Positions 36,021 through 45,590 of a stretch of 64,000 bases of DNA are shown here, in pieces; within the stretch, counting starts at the first letter, position 1, and every line of letters begins with the position of its first letter. This DNA comes from Thermoanaerobaculia bacterium. GTDB taxonomy: Bacteria > Acidobacteriota > Thermoanaerobaculia > Multivoradales > JAIOJS01. Where the stretch lies: contig JAUIDB010000010.1 of NCBI GenBank assembly GCA_030429235.1, positions 13,334 through 77,333 on the forward strand, in the 5' to 3' direction. A model generated the notes under the pieces. It was given only the letters and a program-made list of their open reading frames with translations, did not search any database and was not told the DNA's origin. The position numbers were made by a program, and so were the translations under genes.

Positions 36021-37448
36021 ATGCTCTATCGTTTGTTTCGTAGAATGTTTCTCGCTCTGGTCTCGATCTCGCTCCTCGCTGCCGGCGCGTCGGCGAGCAC
36101 CCATCGAGGCCCGACCGTCGTCCCGACCGCGGAGGGTCAGATCGGGGAGACACCCGGGGTGGACGACCGGATCCTGGGGCCCCGCTTCGAGTCGATCCGA
36201 GGCCAGGCCGGCGAGGTCCTGTTGGGGAGCAGCGTGCTCTTCGGAGGGGTGATGCCGCCGCCGCCGGCCTTCGACTTCCTGACGGATCGGCTGCACGGCG
36301 CCAGCAATCCGGTACCGATCACCAGTGCCACGAGCTCCTTCCTGACGGTGCCGATGCAGTCTCCGGCCTCGGATCGGCGGCGCGCGGCCAGTGGGCTCGG
36401 TGACTTCGTGGCCTTCAGTTTCGCCGTCGACGGCTCATTGCCCCAGACGATGACGGTTCGGATCGCCACCTTCGACGAAGACGGGACGACGCTGGCCTCG
36501 GTGCCGGTGGCGGTCGATGTCCCGACGTTCAGCGTTCCGGACCCCTTGTTCACCAAGACCGGCGTAGCGGTCGACGACCAGGGTCGGGCTACCGTCGTCT
36601 TCACCCAATTCGACTCCGGGATTCCTACGGTGCGCGGTCAGCGGGTGAGTGTAGTGACGGGAGCCCCGATCGGTGGGTCGTTCCCGATCGGACCCGCGGC
36701 TCAGGCGAACCCTGACGTCGCTCTGCTCGATCCGGCGGGCGATCGACTGATCGTGGCCTCCAACCGCTTCACCAATCCCCCGGTGCTGGTCGGCAATATC
36801 GTCGACTTCTCCTCGGGCAGCCCCGTGGTCTTGCCGGAGTTCACGATCCCCAATACCCCGGCCAGTTTCGGCAACTTACTCACCGATGTTGCCGCAGACC
36901 CGGCCACCGGTACCTCCACCGTGGTCTGGGATCAGTTGACCGGCGTGCTCGGCAACCCGGCCGACGTGCGCGCCCGGCGCTTCGACGCCATGGGCAACCC
37001 CATCGGTGGCGACTTCCAGGTCAACACGCTCGATGCCAACGCGCAGGGCCAGGCGGCGGTGGCCTACGGACCGAACGGCAACTCGGCCATCATCTGGGCG
37101 GGAGATCCCGCCGCACCGCAGGGTCCCGAGGATCTCGACGTGTTCGGCCAGGCCTACGACGCCGACGGCAATCCGATCGGCGGCGAGGTGCCGGTGAACA
37201 CGTTCACGACCAACACCCAGGACCGGCCGACGGTTCGGTTTCTACCAGAGCCGGACGCGCAGGGTCGGTCCCAGTTCGCCGTCGCCTGGCGCGACACCGG
37301 GGACTCCACGGGGGCAACTCCGCGCGGCACCGGTCAGAGCTACCGCTGCTTCTCGATCGAAGGTCTGGAGGATCCTACGGAGATCTTCGCCGACGGCTTC
37401 GAGTCCGGGGACACGACATCATGGTCCGAGACGCAGCCCGGGTCATAG
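36021..37448 (+). CDS. Secreted hypothetical protein carrying the C-terminal FADGFESGDTTSW tail.
   Basis: AAGGA RBS. Signal peptide MLYRLFRRMFLALVSISLLAAGASA. The last 21 aa are IFADGFESGDTTSWSETQPGS. Confidence 0.65.
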   Translation: MLYRLFRRMFLALVSISLLAAGASASTHRGPTVVPTAEGQIGETPGVDDRILGPRFESIRGQAGEVLLGSSVLFGGVMPPPPAFDFLTDRLHGASNPVPITSATSSFLTVPMQSPASDRRRAASGLGDFVAFSFAVDGSLPQTMTVRIATFDEDGTTLASVPVAVDVPTFSVPDPLFTKTGVAVDDQGRATVVFTQFDSGIPTVRGQRVSVVTGAPIGGSFPIGPAAQANPDVALLDPAGDRLIVASNRFTNPPVLVGNIVDFSSGSPVVLPEFTIPNTPASFGNLLTDVAADPATGTSTVVWDQLTGVLGNPADVRARRFDAMGNPIGGDFQVNTLDANAQGQAAVAYGPNGNSAIIWAGDPAAPQGPEDLDVFGQAYDADGNPIGGEVPVNTFTTNTQDRPTVRFLPEPDAQGRSQFAVAWRDTGDSTGATPRGTGQSYRCFSIEGLEDPTEIFADGFESGDTTSWSETQPGS

Positions 37449-37493
37449 CTTCGGAAACCAGAGTCTTACCCGAGAGCAACGGCGATGACCGGT

Positions 37494-38888
37494 CTAGGTC
37501 TGGTCGTCCTGCTCCGGTCGGGCAATGCCGAGACTGTTCATCTTCTGATGGAGATGGGTCCTCTGCAGTTCGAGCAGGCGGGCGGCAGCGGCCACGTTCC
37601 AGCCCGTGCTGGCGAGGGCGCGTCGGATGTGGCGGGCCTCGGCGATCTCCTTGAACCGGCGAAAGGGGAGTACGGGGCCGTCGAAGGGGTCGTCGCCATC
37701 GGCTCCGCTCTCAGAGGTCCGGGGATCGAGCATCTCGACCGGTAGCTGCTCGGGAGTGACGGGGTCGGTGCCAAAGACGACGAGCCGCTCGGTCAGGTTT
37801 TCGAGTTCGCGAACGTTGCCGGGCCACGGGTACTGTTCGAGGATCGGATAGACGGCCTCGGTGGCGGCGAGTTGGCGCACGCGGTGGCGAGTCCAGGCCC
37901 GACGGAGAAAGTGGTCGAAGAGGAGCCGGATGTCTCCGGAGCGCTGGCGCAGCGGAGGGACTTCGATCGGCAGGTGGGCGAGGCGGAAGTACAGGTCCTG
38001 TCGGAAGGACTGGTTCCGGATGCCCTCCTCCAGTTGGGCGTGGGTGGCGGCGAGGACCCGCACGTCGACCTCTCGGTCGCGGGTCTCGCCGATGCGGCGG
38101 ACGCGGCCGTCCTCGAGAACCCTGAGGAGGCGGGACTGTAACCGGTAGTCCATGTCGCCGATCTCGTCGAGGAAGAGGGTCCCGCCGTGAGCCTCTTCGA
38201 AAAGGCCCCGTTTGTCGCTGGCGGCGCCGGTGAACGCTCCCTTGACGTGGCCGAAGAGCTCGTCCTCGACCAGATCCTGCGGGATCGCGGCGCAGTTGAG
38301 TTTGATGAAGGGTTGGCGCGCCCGTGGGCTGCCGCGATGGATGGCGTCGGCCACGAGCTCCTTGCCGGTACCACTCTCGCCGAGGATGAGGACCCGACCC
38401 TCGGTCGGGGCCGCTTTGGCGATCGCCTCGCGGAGGGCCAGCATGGCCGGCGACTCGCCGATCAGTTCCGACTGGCCGCGCAGCTCGGACTCGAGGTCCT
38501 GGACCCGCGTTCTCAGGCTGGAGTGTTCGAGGGTGTTCTCGATCGATCGGCGGAGGCGCTCGGTACTGAACGGCTTCTCGATGAAGTCGTGGACGCCGAG
38601 CTTGAGGGCCTCGACCGTCTCGGCGATCGAGGCCTCCCCGGAAACGATGATCGTCGGCGGGAGACGATCCGACTCGGCCAGGCGTCGGATCAACTCGACG
38701 CCGCTCAGGCCGGGCAAACGCACGTCGACCAGCATCAGGCCCGGAGGGTTGTCGGGTCGGGAGTCGAGCCATTCCAGGGCCGCCTCGGCGGTGTCGGTGG
38801 CCGCGGCCCGGTGTCCCGCCTCTTTGAGCTGGAAGAGCAGGTTGGCGCGAATCCTCGGATCGTCCTCGACGACGAGAACCTCGATCAT
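37494..38888 (-). CDS. NtrC-family sigma54-dependent response regulator (REC + AAA+ + Fis HTH).
   Basis: REC (VLVVEDD...DVRLPG), ESGTGKE, GAFTGA, and C-terminal HTH. Confidence 0.9.
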   Translation of the reverse strand: MIEVLVVEDDPRIRANLLFQLKEAGHRAAATDTAEAALEWLDSRPDNPPGLMLVDVRLPGLSGVELIRRLAESDRLPPTIIVSGEASIAETVEALKLGVHDFIEKPFSTERLRRSIENTLEHSSLRTRVQDLESELRGQSELIGESPAMLALREAIAKAAPTEGRVLILGESGTGKELVADAIHRGSPRARQPFIKLNCAAIPQDLVEDELFGHVKGAFTGAASDKRGLFEEAHGGTLFLDEIGDMDYRLQSRLLRVLEDGRVRRIGETRDREVDVRVLAATHAQLEEGIRNQSFRQDLYFRLAHLPIEVPPLRQRSGDIRLLFDHFLRRAWTRHRVRQLAATEAVYPILEQYPWPGNVRELENLTERLVVFGTDPVTPEQLPVEMLDPRTSESGADGDDPFDGPVLPFRRFKEIAEARHIRRALASTGWNVAAAARLLELQRTHLHQKMNSLGIARPEQDDQT

Positions 38889-40114
38889 TCGGTACTCCGT
38901 GCGGACGGCGCCTCGGGTTCGGGCGGCGGCAGGGTGAGCTGGAAGGTGGCGCCGCCGGTCGAGCTCGAAACCAGTCGAAGGTCGCCACCGTGGTCGAGGA
39001 GGATCTTCTTGGAGATCGCCAGACCGAGTCCCATCCCCTCGCCGACGTTCCGGGTCGTCGTGTAGGGCTGGAAGAGGCTGTCACTCACCTGGGCGGCGAT
39101 GCCGGGGCCGTCATCGGCCACGTCGACCTGCACCTCGTGGTCGAGGCAGCGAACCTCCAGGGTCACCGACACCGAGCCCGGGGCCGCGGCGGCGGAACTG
39201 TTATCCCAGAGGTTCACCAGCACTTGACGCATCATGTCGCGGTCGATGTTGACGAAAGCGGGTCCGCTGGTGACGCACTGGAGGGAGAGGTTGTCCCAGG
39301 CATCCTGGTAGATCTCGGCGAGTTCGGCCAGGAGACTCGACAGGTCGACGCGCTGTAGCTTCGGCCGCGGCAGCCGGGCGAAGGAGCTGAAGCGGTGGGT
39401 GAACTCGGTGAGTCGATCCAGTTCCTGCCGGGCCCCGTCGAGGAACTCGTCGATCTCGGCGGCAGTGGCGCGAGGGTTCTTCTGCAGTGTGTTGCCCAGG
39501 CGAGCCAATTCGAGGCGCAAACCGGTGATGGGAGAGCGCATCTCGTGGGCGTGGCGTCGCGCTGCTTCCTGCCAGGCGGACAGGTTTTCGAGCATGGCCA
39601 GTCGTTGGCGGTCACCGGCCATGCGGCGCGAGGTCTCCTCGATCATGGCTGCGATCCTACCGAGGACGCCCCGCCCGCTCTCGCCCGTGTCGAGGACCGG
39701 TCGGCCTTCGGCGAGCCGACCGAGCGACTCTCGGAGCCGCTCGAGGCGGCGCTCGCGGTTCGTCTGGCGCCAAACCAGGCCGCCGGCTACCACCAGGAGG
39801 CAGAGGGCGAAGAGGGTGAGCCCGAGTGCCTCGGATCGCGCCACCAGGTCGGCTCGACTGCGCTCCAAGACCTGGAGTCGGTGCAGCGTCGATTCGATCC
39901 GATCGAATCGTTCGCGGTACTCGGCCGCTCGCTCCGGATCCAGCTCCGCCAGCCGCTTCTGGTCGTCGAGCGAGCCGGACAGTCGATCGAGTACCTCGGG
40001 GTGGGCGCCGAAGGCGAAGGAAGCCTGCGAGAGCTGTCGCTGTAGGACCTGAAAGAGGAGGGCCGCGAGCAGGATGGCTCCGAGCGTGGCGACGATCGGG
40101 GTGCGAAGCTTCAT
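38885..40114 (-). CDS. Sensor histidine kinase (2 TM, HisKA, HATPase_c).
   Basis: The internal ATG gives MKLRTPIVATLGAILLAALL. HEMRSPITGL H-box. DDGPGI...GLGLAI G-boxes. A 4-nt overlap with the RR gene. Confidence 0.85.
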   Translation of the reverse strand: MKLRTPIVATLGAILLAALLFQVLQRQLSQASFAFGAHPEVLDRLSGSLDDQKRLAELDPERAAEYRERFDRIESTLHRLQVLERSRADLVARSEALGLTLFALCLLVVAGGLVWRQTNRERRLERLRESLGRLAEGRPVLDTGESGRGVLGRIAAMIEETSRRMAGDRQRLAMLENLSAWQEAARRHAHEMRSPITGLRLELARLGNTLQKNPRATAAEIDEFLDGARQELDRLTEFTHRFSSFARLPRPKLQRVDLSSLLAELAEIYQDAWDNLSLQCVTSGPAFVNIDRDMMRQVLVNLWDNSSAAAAPGSVSVTLEVRCLDHEVQVDVADDGPGIAAQVSDSLFQPYTTTRNVGEGMGLGLAISKKILLDHGGDLRLVSSSTGGATFQLTLPPPEPEAPSARSTE

Positions 40115-40800
40115 GGGCGCGGTGCCTTTTCGAGGCGCAGTGTCCATTCCAGATGCACCATGGGTCGACGGCGGATCGAGGTGCTGAGGAGTCCGTCGAA
40201 GACGCGGTCGAGAGAGCTCTCGCTGCGCTCGAGACGATCCTTGGACTCCGATTCGGCCGTACGACTGGAACGTACCGACTCGGCAAACCAACGCTGGGTC
40301 TCGCGCTGTTCGGCCGCCGAGAAGGGAACCACCTGGAGGCGCACCCGGAGGGCGGGAGGCGGGTCGTGGGCAAGAGCAGCCGCGCACAGTGGGACCTCGA
40401 GGTCGGACCACCAGCCCCGGAGGTCGGCGGGGTCGGCCAGGGTTCGGCGGGTGGTGCTGTCCGGAGTTCGGAAGGTGGTGACCTGAAACTGCTCCTCCCA
40501 GAGCTCGTACCGAATCTGGATCGTGGTCCGGGCCAGGGAGGCCTTGCGGTTCAGGGCCAACTCGAACCTGAAGTGCGTGGTCAGACCGGTCTGGAGGTGT
40601 CGCTCGATCTCGGGGTCATCCAGGATTTCGGGCAGCTGCGAGAGGAGCACACACTCCTCATTGGACCGAGAGAGCCGCGGCGGGTCGGCGGCCAAGGAGG
40701 AGCCCAAACAGAGGATCAAGCAGAGACCCCAGAATCCCCGAGTCGCGGGGCGACGAGGCAGGACCGACGACGGGGGCACCCGGTAGAGCAAAGGTCGCAC
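40111..40800 (-). CDS. Periplasmic DUF4390-like protein encoded immediately upstream of the HK-NtrC pair.
   Basis: About 229 aa with a signal peptide. A 4-nt overlap with the HK start. The size and context fit my recollection of DUF4390. The family assignment is from memory, not a search. Confidence 0.5.
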   Translation of the reverse strand: MRPLLYRVPPSSVLPRRPATRGFWGLCLILCLGSSLAADPPRLSRSNEECVLLSQLPEILDDPEIERHLQTGLTTHFRFELALNRKASLARTTIQIRYELWEEQFQVTTFRTPDSTTRRTLADPADLRGWWSDLEVPLCAAALAHDPPPALRVRLQVVPFSAAEQRETQRWFAESVRSSRTAESESKDRLERSESSLDRVFDGLLSTSIRRRPMVHLEWTLRLEKAPRP

Positions 40801-40803
40801 CGG

Positions 40804-42336
40804 CTACTGCTTCCCTCGATCCAGGTAGGCCAACCGCAAGGAGACCACGCCCCATGGGCTGCGGAACGACAGACCGCTGCTGACCTCGAACCCCCGTTCG
40901 AAGTCGGGCGCAGCGGGAGAACCGGCGAACGAACTGCCGTCGAACAGGGTCAGGGCCTGGGTCCAACGCAGTTCCCGGCTCCCGTGCCGACGGCTGGAGT
41001 GTAGGAGTAGGCTGTGTTGGAGCGAAGCCTGCAGTCGCCACACCGTCGAACGACTCGATCCGAGGCCCAGTCCCGAAGGCGCGACGTCGTCCACCTTGCG
41101 TTCTCCGGCCAGGATCCGACCGGAGACACCCAGCGACTGCCGGGCACCGAACGAGCGGTGGAGTTCCCCTCCCAGTGAGAGGCCGAGCAGGGACGAGTCC
41201 ATCTCCGCCAGCGGGGTCGTGGAGTCGAGGAAGGAGCGAATCGGGCCGAGCCGCGCGGTCAGGTGCTGCCACTCGATTCCCGCCTGCAAGCGGGCCCCGT
41301 CGGTGGGGAAGAGGGGGTCGTCGACCGAGTCGAATCGCCACGCCAACTCCAGCCGCTGGTCCTCACGGTCCTCGAAGCCCAGGGTGCTCTCGACCACCGG
41401 AGCGACGGCGGACCGACGGATCCCGGAATCGCTCCGCCGCGCTTCACCGCGGAGGAGCAGGGAGTGGTTGCGCCGCAGGGGGACTCCAAGGTCGAGCCGG
41501 AACCGGGTCGTGCGTTCGCCGGCGCTCCAGGTCGAGGCCGTCGGGTCGAGGACGTCGTGGAGCTGAGTACGGCACTCACTGCCGGCCGCCGGGACCGCGT
41601 CGTGGCCGATGGCCGACTCGAGAGAATCCACGATCTGCTGCCGCACGTCCTCGCAGTGCACGGTCGAGACGCTGAGGGTGGCCAGGCCCCCGCGGCCGAA
41701 AGGGTCGTAGCGGCTGACCCCCGCGGTGAGTTCGCCATCCCCACTGACGACGCCGAACGCGACGAGGCTCGGGCCGAGAGCGAAACGCCGACCGGCGAAC
41801 AGGGTCGTTCCGTCGACCCGATCGGTGGTGGCCAGCCCGTCGACCGAGACGTCGTGGGCCCACCAGGTGGCCTCGGAATACAGGCCGAAGACCCACCTTC
41901 GGACCTCTTCGACCCGAATCTGCAGGTGGTACAGACCGCGGGAGGAACCCTTCTCGAGCGAGAACTCGGCGTCCAGGACCAGGGGGAGCCGGACGATGCG
42001 GGCCATGGCCTGGCCGAGCTGCGACTCGCTGTAGGCGTGGCCCTCCTCCAACTGTGCCGTGTTGAGGAGGCTGGTCGTCGACAGCAGGGAGATGCCGTCG
42101 ACGGCGATCGTCTCGATCGCGAACCGAGGGCCCTCCGGGGGCGGCGGGGGCGAGGCGGCGTGCGTGGCCGGCGGGGGAGGCTGGGCGCGTCCCGTGGAGG
42201 GGCCCACCGCGGATCCCAGGAGGAGAGCGAGGCCGATCAGGACGACCGGCCGCCTCCAGCTTCCGCGGAGCCGGTTGCGGTGTGGCGGAGCGGGCCGCGG
42301 GATTCCCTGCACAAGGCCTGGTCGTCGGGTTCTCAT
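40804..42336 (-). CDS. POTRA-domain outer-membrane beta-barrel protein (TpsB/ShlB or BamA-like).
   Basis: Signal peptide. POTRA-like IAVDGISLLSTTSLLNTAQLEEGHAYSESQLGQAMARIVRL. Alternating beta-strand pattern through the C-terminus. Confidence 0.6.
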   Translation of the reverse strand: MRTRRPGLVQGIPRPAPPHRNRLRGSWRRPVVLIGLALLLGSAVGPSTGRAQPPPPATHAASPPPPPEGPRFAIETIAVDGISLLSTTSLLNTAQLEEGHAYSESQLGQAMARIVRLPLVLDAEFSLEKGSSRGLYHLQIRVEEVRRWVFGLYSEATWWAHDVSVDGLATTDRVDGTTLFAGRRFALGPSLVAFGVVSGDGELTAGVSRYDPFGRGGLATLSVSTVHCEDVRQQIVDSLESAIGHDAVPAAGSECRTQLHDVLDPTASTWSAGERTTRFRLDLGVPLRRNHSLLLRGEARRSDSGIRRSAVAPVVESTLGFEDREDQRLELAWRFDSVDDPLFPTDGARLQAGIEWQHLTARLGPIRSFLDSTTPLAEMDSSLLGLSLGGELHRSFGARQSLGVSGRILAGERKVDDVAPSGLGLGSSRSTVWRLQASLQHSLLLHSSRRHGSRELRWTQALTLFDGSSFAGSPAAPDFERGFEVSSGLSFRSPWGVVSLRLAYLDRGKQ

Positions 42337-42412
42337 GGAGTCCGGACAGAGCCTCTCACAGGTTGCGCGGTGGCGCCAGGACGGCCCGCTCTCGCCACAG
42401 GGTCCATCCCGC

Positions 42413-43060
42413 CTAGAAGCGGTACCCGAGTCCGAGACTCAGGGAGTCGAAGTCGATGTCGACGGTTCCGTAGTCGACCAGCAGGTCGAGGCGGGGCGTC
42501 AGGTCGACGCGAGCGCCGGCACCGAGGAGTAGCTCGCTTCCAGTCAGCCGACCGAGGTACCCGAAGGTCGGTTGCACCGCCGAGATACGCTCTTCGTAAT
42601 AGCCCAGACCAACCCGTCCGAAGAGCGTAGTGCGGCCGAAATGGGTCTGCGGCACGAAGGCAAAGGTGAACAGTTCGAGGTCGGCCTCGACTTTGGCCAG
42701 CAGTTCGATGCAGAGAACCAGGGGGCCGGGAAAGCAGGCGGAACCCCAGCCCTCGAGATCATCGGCCCTTTGGTAGCCAACCTCGATGGCGAGGTTGCGG
42801 TGCAGTTCGAACCCGAAGACGACGGCTGGGGAGACCGCCTCGTTGTCGAAGTCCCAAGCGTGTAGGCCTTCGTAGGTGCGGTCGAAGGCCGCCAGTCCGC
42901 CCTTGAAGTCGACGTAGAAACGTTCCTCGGCCGCGCTTGGCGCCGCCAGGGCGAAGAGCACGCAGAGCCAGGCGAGGCCGGGAAGGAGCCTTCGAGACGT
43001 CGCAGGGGACCGGCGGGTCGTGGGGGCTGGGAGGTGGTTGCGGAGGAGGGAATGGTGCAT
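42413..43060 (-). CDS. Small outer-membrane beta-barrel protein (OmpA-like / OMP_b-brl).
   Basis: AGGAGA RBS. Signal peptide LAWLCVLFALAAPSAA. Alternating amphipathic strands. Ends ...GLGYRF with a C-terminal Phe. Confidence 0.7.
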   Translation of the reverse strand: MHHSLLRNHLPAPTTRRSPATSRRLLPGLAWLCVLFALAAPSAAEERFYVDFKGGLAAFDRTYEGLHAWDFDNEAVSPAVVFGFELHRNLAIEVGYQRADDLEGWGSACFPGPLVLCIELLAKVEADLELFTFAFVPQTHFGRTTLFGRVGLGYYEERISAVQPTFGYLGRLTGSELLLGAGARVDLTPRLDLLVDYGTVDIDFDSLSLGLGYRF

Positions 43061-43103
43061 GGTGTCTCCTGGTCGGTGGAAAGGGTTCGATGCCTCTGAC
43101 GAC

Positions 43104-43119
43104 AGCAATGACCTTGCCA
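43104..43119 (-). promoter_or_regulatory. Sigma54 -24/-12 promoter TGGCAA-N5-TTGCT heading the OMP -> POTRA-OMP -> DUF4390 -> HK -> NtrC operon.
   Basis: The minus strand reads tTGGCAAggtcaTTGCTg with exact GG-N10-GC spacing. It lies about 45 nt upstream of the ATG at 43060. Confidence 0.4.
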
Positions 43120-43309
43120 ACCTCGGGGGCGGAGGGCTCGGGTGGAGCGATCCTGGCCGATCCGAAGGTTGAGAAGAATCGGGGCCGGTCGGCGCCTCGT
43201 GTCCGAGAGGGGCGAGTCGTTCGTAGCCACCGACGGTGGTGTCTGGGAAACCAGACGGTTCCGCACCATGGAGCCCCGGTCACTGCCCGTTGGAAACGGA
43301 GGAATCGTC

Positions 43310-43325
43310 TGGCCTCGGGATTGCA
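43310..43325 (+). promoter_or_regulatory. Sigma54-like promoter TGGCCT-N5-TTGCA upstream of the divergent OMP gene.
   Basis: cTGGCCTcgggaTTGCAc has the correct GG-N10-GC spacing. The -24 half is degenerate. It lies about 28 nt upstream of the ATG at 43353. Confidence 0.3.
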
Positions 43326-43352
43326 CCGGCTTCCGAACCAGGAGGATCTCTG

Positions 43353-43904
43353 ATGACCAAACTTCTCTGTTCGACCCTTCTCCTACTCGTCGCTGGACCG
43401 TTGGCGGCTCTGCCGGATCTCTGGATCGGAGCTGGGGTGGGTAGTTCTCCCACGGCCGGTACCCAGGGCGCCAGCTTCCCCTCGGTCACCGAGACCGACG
43501 GGCCGAGCTGGCGGCTGAGCGCCGGCGCCGAACTGGGACGTTTTTTCGGTCTGGAACTTGCCTACCGGGACTTGGCGCGCCAGCTCTGTTGCGAGGGGTT
43601 CGCGGACCTCGGGTTCGATCTCTCGGTTCGAGGGCTCTCGGCGGCGCTCTCGAGTCGACTCCCCCTGAACCGCTTCTCGCTCTTCGCCAAGATCGGTGTC
43701 TTCACCTGGGAGGAGGAGGGCAACTTGCTGACGATCGCCGGGCCCCGCGACTTCGCCGCCGACGGCACCGACCTGTTGATCGGCGCGGGGATCGACTACG
43801 AACTCTGGCGCGACCTTGGAGTCCGAGCGGATTGGGAACGTCTCGAGTTCAACGATCTTTCGAGCGACCTCTTCTGGATCTCGGTGCAGTGGCGCTTCGA
43901 GTGA
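43353..43904 (+). CDS. Small outer-membrane beta-barrel protein (OMP_b-brl).
   Basis: AGGAGGA RBS. Signal peptide MTKLLCSTLLLLVAGPLAA. Aromatic-rich beta-strand pattern through the C-terminus. Confidence 0.7.
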   Translation: MTKLLCSTLLLLVAGPLAALPDLWIGAGVGSSPTAGTQGASFPSVTETDGPSWRLSAGAELGRFFGLELAYRDLARQLCCEGFADLGFDLSVRGLSAALSSRLPLNRFSLFAKIGVFTWEEEGNLLTIAGPRDFAADGTDLLIGAGIDYELWRDLGVRADWERLEFNDLSSDLFWISVQWRFE

Positions 43905-43999
43905 GATGCACCGGGGCCTGCCATCCGACGGGCTCCTGAGTCTCGGGGACCGGCGAAGCGGGTCGTCAGGCAGCGCAGGCGTCGGTGCGACCACTCGAC

Positions 44000-45385
44000 T
44001 CAGCCGAGGAGGCCGTCCGGATTCCAGGTGCGGCGCACCCGGTGGAGTCGCTCGAGGTCGACTCCTCCGCTGGCGCCGCGCCGCTCGCTTTCGTCTGAGT
44101 CCTCGGTCAGAAAGTTGACGTAGCCACCACGCTGCGATCGGGCGTGGACCTGGGTCCAGAAGTCCCGAACCCAACGGAGGTTGGCCTCGTCTTCCGACGG
44201 GTCGGTCCAGGCGGTGGCGATCACGACGATGTACCGAGCATCGCGGTGTCCGGCGGCCGAGTGCTGGGCCGAAACCCGGGCGACCGCGCCCCCCAGCTCG
44301 AAGACCTTGATGTTGGCGGCGGGGGAGGGCAGCTGCTGGAGCGCGCGGAGCAGAATCGCCTGCAGCTCGTCATCGAGTTCGCCGATGTACTCGGACTTCC
44401 AGTAGTTGCGCCGCCCGTCGGGCTCGCCGGCGTCGAACATCGCCTGGAACTGTCCGAACCGGCGGGGTTCGAAGAGGTCGGCGGCCAGGCCGGGCCCGAT
44501 GCGGAGCGGCGCGAGGTCGGTGGCAGCCTGCTCGAGATCGTCGCCACTATGGCAGCCGATGGTGGCAGCGCAGGGCTGGCCGTGGAGGTCGGCTTCCAGG
44601 AACGGGGCGGCCGGAGCCGCGCCGAGCTTCAATAGGCAGGTCAGTTCCTCGGGCCGGTTGCGCTCCCGCGAGCGGAACCGTCGAAATGCCGCTTCCGCGT
44701 CGCGGTGGAAGACCACTCCGGCCAGCACCTCGTGGTCGAGGCGGTGCGACCGGAAGTGGAAGGTGGTGACGACGCCTAGACCGCCGCCGCCGCCCCGGAG
44801 CGCCCAGAGGAGCTCGGGGTGGCTGTCGGCGTCGACGCGCACGGCTTCACCGGTGGCGGTGACCAGGTCGACCGCCTCGAGGTGGTCGCAGGTCAAGCCC
44901 CAGCGGCGGGAGAGCCAGCCGAAACCACCCCCGAGGGTGAGGCCGGCGATCCCGGTGGCCGAGACGATGCCGCTGGGGACGACGCGGCCGTGCGGCAGCG
45001 TGCCGGCGTCGAGGTCTCCCAAGGTGGCCCCCGGTTCCACGACGACGCGCTCACCTTCGATCCGCACCCCGCGGCGGTGGCCCTGGTAGACCACCACTCC
45101 TCCGTCAGCGAGGGCCCGTCCACCGATATTGTGTCCGCCACCCCGGACGCTGAGCGGCAAAGCATGGGTCCGGGCGAAGCGAACACACTCCTGCACGTCG
45201 GAGACGTCGTCGCAGCGCACGATGAGTTGCGGCTGACGCTCGATCATGGCGTTCCAGAGGGTGCATGCCGTGGGGTAGCCCGGATCCTCTGGGGTCAGGG
45301 CCTCGCCGCCCAGACGCGAACGCAGGGCCTCCAGGCCCTCCAGGGGGTGTGACGTCAAGGGGCTCGTAGGGGGTGTTTCGCGCAT
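44000..45385 (-). CDS. FAD-linked oxidase (FAD_binding_4 / BBE-like oxidoreductase).
   Basis: GAGGAG RBS at the internal ATG. PLSVRGGGHNIGG FAD-binding motif. C-terminal BBE-like domain. Confidence 0.85.
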   Translation of the reverse strand: MRETPPTSPLTSHPLEGLEALRSRLGGEALTPEDPGYPTACTLWNAMIERQPQLIVRCDDVSDVQECVRFARTHALPLSVRGGGHNIGGRALADGGVVVYQGHRRGVRIEGERVVVEPGATLGDLDAGTLPHGRVVPSGIVSATGIAGLTLGGGFGWLSRRWGLTCDHLEAVDLVTATGEAVRVDADSHPELLWALRGGGGGLGVVTTFHFRSHRLDHEVLAGVVFHRDAEAAFRRFRSRERNRPEELTCLLKLGAAPAAPFLEADLHGQPCAATIGCHSGDDLEQAATDLAPLRIGPGLAADLFEPRRFGQFQAMFDAGEPDGRRNYWKSEYIGELDDELQAILLRALQQLPSPAANIKVFELGGAVARVSAQHSAAGHRDARYIVVIATAWTDPSEDEANLRWVRDFWTQVHARSQRGGYVNFLTEDSDESERRGASGGVDLERLHRVRRTWNPDGLLG

Positions 45386-45590
45386 GGTCGGTACTCCTCG
45401 GTTCTGCGGTGGCAAGGTGACGAGAGGAAGGGTAGAGGACTGCTCGCGGCGGGGCCAGTACGGTTTCTGTACCTCACCGGTAGCGTTTCTGTACCGCGAC
45501 TTCGCCCCGCAGGCGGCACAAAGCGCCATCGCGAGGCAGGGATGGGTGGGTTCGGGTGCATTTTGGCGAGGATCGGTCTACGATCGGTGC

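Noticed and set aside
37711-39084. 457-aa minus-strand ORF (and 37793..38374) overlapping the NtrC and HK genes
   Set aside because: An alternative frame of genuine genes. The composition is Arg/Pro/Gly dominated.
41263-42630. 455-aa plus-strand ORF across the POTRA-OMP gene
   Set aside because: Antisense artefact with a Gly/Arg/Asp-rich translation.
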